Below are positions 19,901 through 36,061 of a stretch of DNA of 64,000 bases, piece by piece. Source of the DNA: the human T2T-CHM13v2.0 reference genome, Homo sapiens; NCBI RefSeq assembly GCF_009914755.1, contig NC_060946.1; one strand, 5' to 3'. Below the pieces are notes generated by a model. That model worked only from the letters and a program-made list of their open reading frames with translations. It made no database searches and was not told the DNA's origin. How positions within the stretch are numbered: the first letter of the stretch is position 1; every line of letters begins with the position of its first letter. A program made the translations under genes and the position numbers.

Positions 19901-22900
19901 TTGTCTACCCTCTGCCCAAAGGGAGCATTGTGAAATATCTCTGCACTGATCACCCAGGAGATTCAACCCTTGTCTAGGATCTGCCTACAGGGGGTATTGT
20001 GAAATATCTCTGCACTGATCAACTAGGTGATGTAACTCTTGTCGACTCTCTGCTTACAGGGGCGTTTTCACATATCCCTGAACTGATGACAAAGGTGATG
20101 TAAGTTTTGCCTAGGCTTTGCCTACAGGGAACATAGTGACATATCTCTGCACTTATCACCCAGGTGATGCAACTCTTCTCTATGCTCTGCCTACAGGAGA
20201 TATTGTGACATGTCTCTCCACTGATCACCCAGGTGATGCAACTCTTCTCTATACTCTGCCTACTGGAGACATTGTGACATATCTCTGCACTGATCACTCA
20301 GGTGATGTAACAATTTTCTAGTCTCTGCCTACAGAGGGTGTTGGGACATTATTCTGCACGGATCATCCGGATTATATAACTCTTGTTTAGGCTCTGCCAA
20401 TGGGGGCATTGTGACTTATCTCTGCCCTGATCACACAGGAGATGTGACTCTTTTCTAAGCTTTGCCTAGAGGAACATTGGGACATATCCCTGCACTGATC
20501 GCTGAGGTGATGTAAAAGTTGTCTAGGCTTTGCCTACAGTGGGATTTATGACATATCTCTGCACTGATCACCCAGGTGATGTAACTCTTGTATAGGCTCT
20601 GCTTACAGGGGGTATTGTGAGATATCTCTGCACTGATCACCCAGGTGATGTAACTCTTGTCTAGGCTCTGCCTACAGGGGCATTGTGACATATCTCTGCA
20701 GTGATCACGCCCGTGATGTAACTCTTGTCTATATCTGCCTACTGGCGGCATTGTGGCATATTTCTGCACTGATCACCCAGGTGATGGACTCTTGTCTTGG
20801 ATCTGACTATGGGGGTATAGTGAAATATCTCTGCACTGATTACTCATGTGATGTAACGCTTGTCTAAGCTGCGCCTAAAGGGGTTAATTGTGACAGATAT
20901 CGCCACTGATCACCCAGGTGATGTAAGAATTTTCTGGGATGTGTCTATATTGGGCTTTGTGACATATCTTTGCACTGATCACCCAGGAGATGTAACTCTT
21001 TTCTAGGCTCCGCCTACAGGGGCTTTGTGACATATTTCTGCACTGATCACCCAGGTGATGTAGCTTGTTTAGGCTCTGCCTACAGGGGCTTTGTGACATA
21101 TCTCTGCACTGATCACCCAGGTGATATAACTCTTGTCTAGGCTCCACCTACAGGGCGTATTGTGATGTATCTCTGCGCTGATCACCCAGGTGATGTAACA
21201 TTTATCTAGGCCCTGCCTACAGGGGCATTTTGACATAGCTCTGCACAGATCAACTAGGTTATGTAACTCTTGTCCACTCTCTGCCTACAGGGGGCATTGT
21301 GAATTATCTCTGCACTGATCATCCAGGTGATGGGACTCTTCTCTATACTCTGCCTAGAGGGGGAGTTGTGACATATCTCTGCACTGATCACCCAGGAGAT
21401 GGAAGTCTTGTCTAGGCTCTGTCTATTGGGTCATTGTATCAAATATCTACACTGATCACCCAGGTGATGTAACTCTTGTGTTGGATCTGCCTATGGGGGC
21501 ATTGTGACATATTTCTGCACTGATCAGCCAGGTGATGGGGCCCTTGTCTAGGCTCTGTTTACGGGGGCTTTGTGACATATCTCTGCACTGATCACCCAGG
21601 TGATGTAACGATTGACTAGGCTCTACCTATGGTGCATAGTGACATATCATTGTATTGATCGCCGAGGTGATGTAACTCTTATCCAGGCTCTGCCTATATG
21701 GGGCCTTGTGACATATATCTGCACTGATCTTCTAGGTGATGTAACTCTTGCTTATTCTCTGCCTGCAGGGGCATTGTGGAATATCTCTGCACTGATCACC
21801 CAGGTGATGGGACTCTTCTCTATACTCTGCCTAGAGGGGGATTTGTGACATATCTCTGTACTGATCAACCAGGTGATTGAAGTCTTGTCTAGGCTCTGTG
21901 TATGTGGGCATTGGGTCATATATCTGCACTGATCACCCAGGTGATGTAACTCTTTTCTACGCTCTGTCTAGAGTGATTTTTGTGACATATCACTGCACTC
22001 ATCACCTAGGTGATGTAAGCCTCGTATGGGCTTTGCCTACAGAAGGCTTTGTGACATATCTATGCACTGATCTCTGAGGTGATGCAACTCATGTCTAGGC
22101 ACTGCCTACAGGGGACATTGGTACATATCTCTGCACTGATCACCCAGGTGATGGACTCTTGTCTTAGATCTGCCTACAAGGACATGGTGACACGTCTGTG
22201 AACTGATCAACCAAGTGATGAAACTCTTGTCTAGGCTCTGCCTACGGTGGCTTTGTGACACATCTCTGTACTGATCACCCTGGAGAGGAAACTCTTGTCT
22301 ACGCTCTGCCTACAGGAGGTTTTATGACTTATACCTGCACTGATAACCTAGGGGATGTAACACTTGTCTAGGCTCTGTCTACACGGGAATTCTCACATAT
22401 CTCTGCACTGATCACCCAGGTGATGTAACTCTGGTCTAGGTTCTGCTTACCGGGGATATTGTCACATATCTCTGCACTGATCACCTTAGTGATGTAACTC
22501 TTGTGTAGGCTCTGCCTACAGGGGAATTTTGACATATCCCTGCACTGTTTAACCGAAGTGATGTAACTCTTGTCTAGGCTGTGCCCACAGGGGCATTGAG
22601 ACAAATCTCTGAATTGATCCCTAGGTGATCCAACTCTTGCCTGGTCTCTGCCTACTGGGGACAATGTGACATATCTCTGCACTGATCTACCAGGTGCTGT
22701 AACTTTAGTATAGGCTACAGCTACATAACATTGAGTCATAACACTGCACTGATCACCCAGGTGATGTAACTCATGTCTAGGCTCTGCCTACAGGTGGCTT
22801 GTGACATATCTCTGCACTAATCACCCAGGTGATATAACTCTTCTCTAGGATCTGCCTACAGGGTGCTTTGTGACATATCCCTGCAATGATCACTCAGGTG

Positions 22901-25900
22901 ATATACCACTTCTCAAGGCTCTGCCTACAGGGGCATTGCGATGTATCTCTGCCCTGATCGCCTAGGTCATGTAACTGTTGTCTATGATCTGCCTACAGTG
23001 GCATTGTGACATATCTCTGCACAGATCACCCAGGTGTTGTAAATCTTTTCTAGGATCTCCTACAGGGTGCTTTGTGACACATCGCTGCAATGATCACCCA
23101 GGTGATTTACCTCTTGTCAAGTCTCTGCCTACAGGGACATTGCGATGTATTTCTGCACTGATCACCTAGGTCATGTAACTCTTGTCTAGGCTCTGCCTAC
23201 AGTGGCATTGTGACATATCTCTTCACTGATCACCCAGGAGATGTGACTCTTGTCTAAGCTCTGCCTAGAGGGACATTGGGACATATCTCTGCACTGATCG
23301 CTGAGGTGGTGTAAAAGTTGTTTAGGCTTTGCCTACAGTGGGATTTATGACATATCTCTGCACTGATCACCCAGGTGATGTAACTCTTATCTAGGCTCTG
23401 CTTACAGGGGGCATCGTGAGATATCTCTGCACTGATCACGCAGGTACTGTAACTCTTGTCTAGGCTCTGCTACAGGGGCATTTTAATATATCACTGCACT
23501 GATCACTGAGATGATGCAACTACTCTCTGAGATCTGCTTACAGGGCGCATTGTGACATATCTCTGCACTGATCACCCAGGTGATATAACTGTTGTATAAG
23601 CTCTGCCTATAGGGGAATTGTGAGAGATATCGCCACTGATCACTCAATTGATGTAACTATTGTCTTGGCTTTGCCTAAAGGGGGCTTTGTGACATACCTT
23701 TGTACTGATCACCCAGGTGATGTAAGTCATCTAATTTCTGCCTACAGGAGCTTTGTGACATATCTCAGCACAGATCTCTTAGGTGATGTAACACTTTTTA
23801 AGCACTTCCTACAGGGAATTATTACAAATCTCTGCACTGATCACCTAGGTGATGTAACTATTTTCTAGGATCTGCCTACAGGGTGCTTTGTGACATAACC
23901 CTGCACTGATCACCCAGGTGATATACCTTTTGTCAAGGCTCTGCCTACAGGGACATTGCGATGTATCTCTGCATTGATCACCTAGGTCATGTAACTCTTG
24001 TCTAGGCTCTGCCTACAGTGGCATTGTGACATAACTCTGCACTGCTCGTCCAGGTGATGGGGCTTTTGTCTAGGCTCTTCCTAAGGGGGCATTGTGACAT
24101 GTTTCTGCACTGATCACCCAGGTGACGGACTCTTGTCTTGGATCTGCCTATGGGGGCATTGTGATATAACTCTGCACTGTTCACCCAGGTGATGTAACGG
24201 ATTTATAAGCTCTGCCTACAGGGGAATTGGGAGAGATCTCGCCACTGATAACCCAAATGATGTATCTATTGTCTAGCCTTTGCCTACAGGGGGCTTTGTG
24301 ACATACCTTTGCACTGATCACCCAGGTGATGTAACTCTTGTCTAGGCTCTGCCTATAGAGGGCTTGTGACATATCTCCCCAGTGATCACGCAGGTGATGT
24401 AACTCTTGTCTATATCTGCCTACTGTCGGCATTGTAGCATATTTCTGCAATGATCACCGAGGTGATGGACTCTTGTATTGGATCTGCCTATGGGGGTATA
24501 GTGACATATCTCAGCACTGATCACTCATGTGATGTAACGTTTGTTTAAGCTGCTACTGAAGAGGAATTGTGACAGATAACTCCACTGATCACCCAGGTGA
24601 AGTAACAATTTTCTGGGATTTGTTTAGAGGGGGCTTTGTGACATATATTTGCACTGATCACACAGGAGACGTAACTCTTGTCTAGGCTCGGCCTACAGGT
24701 GCTTTGTGACATATTTCTGCACTGATCACCCAGGTGATGTAACACTTGTTTAGGCTCTGCCTACAGGGACTTTGTGACGTATCTCTGCACTGATCACCCA
24801 GCTGATGTAACTCTTGTCTAGGCTCCACTTACAGGGGCTATTGTGACGTATATCTGCACTGATCACCCAGTTGATGTAACGTTTATCTAGGCTCTGCCAA
24901 CAGGGGAGTTTTGACATAGCTCTGCACAGATCACCTAGGTTATGTAACTCTTGTCCACTCTCTGCCTACAGGGGGCATTGTGAAATATATCTGCACTGAT
25001 CACCTAGGTGATGGGACTCTTCTTTATACTCTGCCTAGAGGGGGATTTGTGACATATCTCTGCAATGATCACCCGGGTGATGGGACTCTTCTGTATACTC
25101 TGCCTGGAGGGGGATTTGTGACATATCTCTGCACTGATGACCCAGGTGATGGAAGACTTGTCTAGGCTCTGTCTATGGGGGCATTGTGTCAAATATCTGC
25201 ACTGATCACCCAGGTGATGTAACTCTTGTCTAGGCTCTTTCTACAGGGATTTTTGTTACATATCACTGCACTGGTCACCTAGGTGATGTAAGCCTTGTAT
25301 GGGCTTTGCGTACAGAAGGCTTTGTGATATATCTATGCACTGATCTCTGAGATGATGCAACTCTTGTCTAGGCACTGCCAACAGGGGACATTGGTACATA
25401 TCTCTGCACTGATCACCCAGGTGATGGACTCTTGTCTTAGATCTGCCTACATGGATATTGTGACACACCTCTGAACTGATTAACCAAGTGATGAACCTCT
25501 TGTCTATGCTCTGCCTACAGGGGCTTTGTGATACATCTCTGCACTGATTACTCTGGGGAGGAAACTCTTGTCTACGCTCTGCCTACAGGAGTCTTTATGA
25601 CTTATACCTGCACTGATAACCTATGTGATGTAACACTTGTCTAGGTTCTGCCTACACGGGAATTCTCAAAAATGTCTGCACTGGTCACCCAGGTGATGTA
25701 ACTCCTGTCTAGGTTCAGCCTACAGAAGCGTTTTGACATATCTCTGCACTGATCACCCAGGTGATGTAACACTTGTCTAAGCTCTGCCTACAGGGGCATT
25801 GTGACAGATCTCTCCACTGCTCACCCAGGTGATATAATATTTGTCTGGGTTTTGCCTACAGGGGGCTTTGGGATATACATTTCCACTGATCAAACAGGTG

Positions 25901-26341
25901 ATGTAACCCTTGTCAAGGTTCTGCTTACAGGGGCTTTGAGACATATCTCTGCACTGATCACCCCTGAGAGGAAACACTTGTCTACACTCTGCCTACAGAA
26001 GGTTTTATGACTTATCCCTGCACTGATCACTATGTGATGTAACACTTGTCTAGGCTCTGTCAACACGGGAATTTTCACATATCTCTACACTGATCACCTA
26101 AGTGATGTAACCCTTGTCTAGGTTCAGCCTACTGGGGATTTCTGACATACTTATGCACTGGTCACTGAGGTGATGTAAATCATTTCCAGGCTTTTTGTAC
26201 AGGGGACATTGTGACATATCTCTGCACTGATCACACAAATGATGCAAATCTTCTCTTGGCTCTGCAGGGATGGGGTATTGTGACATATTTCTGAACAGAT
26301 CATCCAGGAGATGTAACTATTCTCCAGGCTTTGACTAAAGA
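16959..26341 (-). repeat. Beta-satellite block 3
   Basis: Reverse-oriented 68-bp monomers. Confidence 0.97.
23482..23487 (-). terminator. Candidate polyadenylation signal ATTAAA within a beta-satellite monomer
   Basis: Minus strand reads GATAT-ATTAAA-ATGCCCC, in the same sense as unit 4 and ~2.9 kb downstream of it. Confidence 0.3.
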
Positions 26342-27841
26342 GTGTCAGAAGGTGTTGGGAGAGCCTCAGCTGGAAATTCACAGAGGGACAAGGGCACAGA
26401 GAGGCCAGCGGGCTCCCTTGCACGTCAGCCGGGGTGCGCAATGAGCGCAGGTCTAGCCAGGAGGATGGCAAGGAGAGCTAGAGGTCTGCGTTCCGCTGGC
26501 AGGCGCTCCATGGTGGCAACTGGGAGGCTGCCGGGGCATGGGCGGGTTGGCGACGGTGGCGCGGAGGCGCAGAAGAGGCGACCCACCAGAGGGCTGTCAG
26601 GCCTGGATGCTGCGCGGGCCCGGAGTTTCACGGGACAGGGGTCTCCTCCCAGCCAAGGGGAGGACACATTTTCCGGGGGTGGGGTTTGGGGTGGGGGTGT
26701 GGTCAAGCGGGGGTGGGGTGGTGGAAAGACATGAGAGCTCTGCACGAGCTGCTCCCACAGCCCAGGTGGCTGCCCGCAAACCCGCACCTGTGCAGTAGGC
26801 GGCCCACATGCTGGTACCTGGTCAGGCTCTGGAATCCCCAGGATGCCCAGGAAAGAATGGCAGTTCTCTGCTGTGTGGAGCCTCTCACCGGGCCTAGACA
26901 TAGAAGGCAGGAATCCTAGGTCAGTCAGCCCGGTGGAGGGGGCGGGGAGAGGGCACGCCCCTCCATAGCCATCCAGGTGTTCCCGGCGAAATAGAGGCCA
27001 CCGCCCTGCCCCGACCCGATACCTTCCCAACCCTGCGTCCTAAATCTCCTCCATCAGAGCCCGGTATTCTTCCTCGCTGAGGGGTGCTTCCAGCGAGGCG
27101 GCCTCTTACAAGGCCTCCAGCTCCCCCGCGGCCTCCATTTCTAGGAAAGGTTGTGCCTGCTGAAGAAACTCCGGGCTCGCCAGGAGCTCATCCAGCAGCA
27201 GGATGGAGTGGAGTGCAGACGAGCACCCCGGCTCCAGGAGCGCCTGGGAGGGTGCCGAGATGCCTTGCATCTGCCCCTGCCGTGTGGAGGCCTCTGGGGG
27301 CGTGGGCTGGTGAGGTGGAGTTGCCCCTGCTTGAGGTTCCACGCCACACCGGCGACCTGGGTACCCCTGCTCCACCCCCACCACGGACTTCCCTGGGACG
27401 CGGGTGGCGCAAGCACACCTTGGCCCTGTGGCCCCGCTTGAGAGGGCCCAGGCTGCCCCACCGCGCAAATGCCTGGAAGGCCGTCGCGCTGCGCGTCCCA
27501 GTCCTTCCGGATTTTGTCCTTGTGTGGATGCCACCAAGGAGTGTGAGTGTGGGAGAGCGCCCCTTCTGGAGGAGCCTGGGCGGTGTAGGCAAAATCCCCA
27601 TGTGCTGGGGCAGGTTGGGAGATCCCCTCTGCCTGCGCGGCCTGGCTGGGCAGGAGCACAGGGACGGCCCTCAATCCATGGCTCACGAAAGCCCACTGTG
27701 GGAGAGCATGTGTGGTGCAGGAAGCCCCTTTCCCCATGCGCCAGTGTGGGCAAAGGCGACCCACGAGAGAGCAGGGTGTCACCCAATTGGGGCTGCATTG
27801 CACCGGATGCTTGCCTGCGTGGGCGCCCTGCCAGACTGTCC

Positions 27842-28417
<576 letters not shown>

Positions 28418-28427
28418 TCAGCGGCTC

Positions 28428-28480
28428 TTATAAAGGCCCACATGTAGGCAGGCTCCACCCCTTCATGAATGGCGGTGAGC
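28428..28480 (-). promoter_or_regulatory. DUX1-type promoter (DBE, GC box, TATAA) of unit 4
   Basis: TATAA at 28432-28428, ~56 nt upstream of the first ATG; CGCCATTCATGAAGGGGTGG intact. Confidence 0.8.
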
Positions 28481-29085
28481 CCTGGGACAGCCCGTCCCAC
28501 CCTGGAAGGTTCTAAGAGCGTCGAGGCCTGCGGCCAGGGGTTGGTGGTGTTGGGGGGAGGGCGTGGTGATGGTGGTGGTGGGGCCGAAGAGACGAAGAGG
28601 AAGGGGGCGAGGGGGAAGGGGTGAGGGGGGCGCGTTTCACAGCTGGCTCTCCAGACGTCTCCAGGAATCCCGCGGAAACTGGAAGCCGCTCTCTGAGCTC
28701 CCACGCATCTTCAGCAGGGAGAAACCGGCCTGGGAGGGTGGAGGAGAGTGTGGAACTGAACCTCCGTGGGAGTCTTGAGTGTTCCAGGCCCTCTCTCCGT
28801 GAAGGAGGCCGTGCCTGTTGGTGTCTCCGTTGCCAGGACAGTCTCACACACGCAGGCGTGTGGCTCTCGTTCATTTCCACGTAGGAAACCAGAGCGAGAT
28901 CCCAGAGAGAAGATGCCTCCCCGGCGTGATGACCTGATGATGGATTCCCGTGTGCGGCAACATGGGTAGTCTGCAGTGTGGCCAGTTTGGAAACTGGCAA
29001 GGAGAGCGAAGGCACCATGCCGGTCTTCCCCCCTGCCCTGCATGTTTCCGGGTACCCGTAGAGCTCCGGGAGCAAAGAGTCAGCA

Positions 29086-32000
29086 TGACACATCTCTGAA
29101 CTGATCAACAAAGTGATGTAACACTTGTCTAGGCTCTGCCTACATCGGCTTTGTGACATATCTCTGCACTGATCACCCAGGTAATGGGACTCTTGTCTAG
29201 GCTGTGTTTATGGGGGCTTTGTGACATATCTCTGCACTGATCACCCAGGTAATGGGGCTCTTGTCTAGGCTGTGTGTATGGGGGCTTTGTGACATATCTC
29301 TGCACTGATCACCCAGGTGATGTAACGCTTGACTAGGCTCTGCCTACGGGGCATAGTGACATATCACTGCATTGATCACTGAGGTGATGTAACTCTTGTC
29401 CAGGCTCTGCCTATAGGGGGCCTTGTGACATATCTCTGGACTGATCATCTAGGTGATGTAACTGTTGCTTATGCTCTGCCTGCAGGGACATTGTGAAATA
29501 TCTCTGCACTGATCCCCTAGGTGATGGGACACCTCTCTAGGCTCTGCCTACTGGGGGCATTGTCACATATTTTTGCACTGATCACCCAGGTGATGGACTC
29601 TTGTCTTGGATTTGCCTAGGGGGTCATTGTGACATATCACTGCACTGATCACCCAGGTGATGTAACCCTGGTTTAAGCTCTGCCTAAAGGGGCATTGTGA
29701 CAGATCTCTGCACTGATCACTCAGGTGATGTAACTATTGCCTAGGCTCTGCTTAAAGAGGCCTTGTCACTTATCTCTACACTGATCACCCAGGTGATGTA
29801 ACTATTGTCTAGGATCTGCTTTCAGGGGGTATTGTGACATATCTCTGCATGGATCACCTAAGTGTTGTAACACTTGTGTAGGCTCTGCCTACAGGGGCAT
29901 TTTGACATATCTCTGCACTGTTAAAAGAGGTGATGTAACTCTTGTCTAGGCTGTGCACATAGGGGGATTGAGATATATCTCTGCACTGTTCCCGAGGTGA
30001 TCCAACTCTTGCCTGGTCTCTGCCTACTGGGAAAATTGTGACATATATCTGCACTGATCTCCCAGGTGCTGTAAATTTAGTCCAGGCTCTGGCTACATGG
30101 CATGGTGACATATCACTGCACTGATCACCCTGCTGATATAACTCTTCTCTAGGATCTGCCTACAGGGTACTTTGTGACATATCCCTGCAATGGTCACCCA
30201 GGTGATATACCACTTGTCAAGGCTCTGCCTACAGGGACATTGCGATGTATCTCTGCACTGACAACCTAGGTCATATAACTCTTGTCTAGGATCTGCCTAC
30301 AGTGGCATTGTGACATATCTCTGCACTGATCATCCAAGTGATGTAACATTTGTCTAGGATCTGCCTAAAGGGACTTTGTGACATAACTCTCCACTGATTA
30401 TCCAGGTGATTGGGCTTTTGTCAAGGCTCTGTCTAAGGGGGCCTTGTGACATATTTCTGCACTGATCACACACGTGACGGACTCTTGTCTTGGATCTGCC
30501 TGTGGGGGCATTGTGACAAATCTCTGCACTGATCACCCAGGTGTTGTAACTGTTGTATAACCTCTGCCTACAGGGGAATTGTGAGAGATCTCGCCACTTA
30601 TCAACCAAGTGATGTAACGATAGTCTAGGCTTTCCCTACAGGGTGCTTTGTGACATACCTTTGTACTGATCATCCAGCTGATGTAACTCATCTAAGTTCT
30701 GCCTCCAGGAGCTTTGTGACATATCTCTGCACTGATCACTTATGCGATGTAACAGTTTTATAAGCACTGCCTACAGGGAATTTTGACAAATCTCTGCACT
30801 GATCACCTAGGTGATGTAACTCTTGTCTACCCACTGTGCAAAGGGGTCATTGTGAAATATCTCTGCACTGAACACCCACGTGATTCAACTCTTGTTTAGG
30901 ATCTGCCTACAGGGGGTATTGTGAAATATATCTGCACTGATCAACTAGGTGATGTAACTCTTGTCTAGGCTCTGCCCTCAGGGTCATTTTCACATATCAC
31001 TGAACTGATGACAAAGGTGATGTAACACTTGCCTAGGCTTTGCCTACAGGGGCATTGTGACATACCTCTGCACTGATCACTCAGGTGATAGAACTCTTCT
31101 CTATGTTCTGCCTACAGGGGGCATTGTGACATATCTCTGCACTGATCACCCAGGTGATGTAACTCTTCTCTAGTCTCTGCCTACAGAAGGCGTTGTGACA
31201 TCACTCTGCACGGATCACCCGTGTTATGTAACTCTTGTCTAGGCTCTGCCTACCGGGGCATTGTGACTTATCTCTGCACTGATCACCCAGGAGATGTGAC
31301 TCTTTTCTAAGCTATGCCTAGAGGGACATTGGGACATATCTCTTCACTGATCGCTGACGTGATGTAAAACTTGTCTTGGATTTGCCTACAGTGGGATTTA
31401 TGACATATCTCTGCACTGATCACCCAGGTGATGTAACTCTTGTCTATGCTCTGCTTACAGGGCGTATTGTGAGATATCTCTGCACTGATCACCCAGTTTA
31501 TGTAACTCTTCTCTAGGCTCTGCCTATAGGGGCATTTTCACATATCACTGCACTGATCAACGAGATTATGTAACTTTTGTATAGGCTTTGCTGACAGGGG
31601 GCATTGAGACATATCTCTGCACTGATCACTGAGGTGATGCAACTCTTCTCTGGGATCTGCTTACAGGGGGCATTGTGACATATCTCTTCCTTGATCATCC
31701 AGGTGATGTAACTCTTGTCTAGGCTCAGCCTACTCGAGGAATTGTGAGATATCTCCACACTGATCACCCAGGTGATGTCACTTTTTTCAAGGATATGGCT
31801 ACAGGGACATTGTGACGTGTCACTGCACTGATCACACAGCTGATGTAACACTTGTCTAGGCTCTGGCTACAGAGGGCTTGTGACATATCTCTGCACTGAT
31901 AACCCAGGTGATGTAACATTTATCCAGCCTCTGCCTACAGGGGCGTTTTGACATAGCTCTGCACAGATCACCTAGGTTATGTAACTCCTGTCCACTCTCT

Positions 32001-33309
32001 GCCTACAGGGGTCATTGCAAAATATCTCTGCTCTGATCACCCAGGTGATGGGACTCTTCTCTATACTCTGCCTAGAGGGGGATTTGCGACATGTATCTGC
32101 ACTGATCACCCAGGTGATGGAAGTCTTGTCTAGGGTCTGTCTATGGGGACATTGTGTCAAATATCTGCACTGATCACCCAGGTGATGTAACTCTTGTCAA
32201 GGCTCTGTCTACCGGGATTTTTGTGACATATCACTGCACTGATCACCTAGGTGATGTAAGTCTTGTATTGTCTTTGCCTACAGAGTGCTTTGTGATATAT
32301 CTATGCACTGATCTCTGAGGTGATGCAGCTCTTGTCTAGGCACTGCCTACAGGGGACATTGGCACATCTCTCTGCACTGATCACCCAGGTGATGGACTCT
32401 TGTCTTAGATCTGCCTACATGGTCTTTGTGACACATCTGTGAACTGATCAACCCAGTGATGAAACTCTTGTCTAGGCTCTGCCTACAGGGGCTTTGTGAC
32501 ACATCTCTGCACTAATTGCCCTGGGGAGGGAACTCTTGTCTAGGCTCTGCCTACAGGAGGCTTTATGACTTTTACCTGCACTGATTACCTAGGTGATGTA
32601 ACACTTGTGTAGACTCTGCCTACACTGGAATTCTCACATATCTCTGCACTGATCACCCGGGTGATGTAACTCCTTTCTAGGTTCAGCCTACAGGAGTGTT
32701 TTGATATATCTCTGCACTGATCACCCAGGTGATGTAACACTTGTCTAAGCTCTGCCTACATGGGCATTGTGACAGATCTCTCCACTGCTCACCCAGGTGA
32801 TGTAACAATTCTCTGGGATTTGCCTACAAGGGGCTTTGGGATATACATTTCCGCTGATCAAACAGGTGATGTAACCCTTGTCAAGGTTCTGCTTACAGGG
32901 GCTTTGAGACATATCTCTGCACTGATCACCCCTGAGAGGAAACACTTGTCTACACTCTGCCTACAGAAGGCTTTACGACTTATCCCTGCACTGATCACTA
33001 GGTGATGTAACACTTGTCTAGGCTCTGTCTACACGGGAATTTTCACATATGTCTACACTGATCACCTAAGTGATGTAATCCTTGTCTAGGTTTAGCCTAC
33101 TGGGGATTTCTGACATACCTATGCACTGATCACCGAGGTGATGTAAATCATTTCCAGGCTTTTTGTACAGGGGACATTGTGATATATCTCTGCACTGATC
33201 ACCCAAGTGATGCAAATCTTCTCTAGCCTCCGCAGGGAGGGGGCATTGTGACATATTTCTGAACTGACCATCCAGGAGATGTAACTATTCTCCCGGCTTT
33301 GACTAATGA
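29086..33309 (-). repeat. Beta-satellite block 4
   Basis: Reverse-oriented 68-bp monomers. Confidence 0.97.
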
Positions 33310-36061
<2,752 letters not shown>

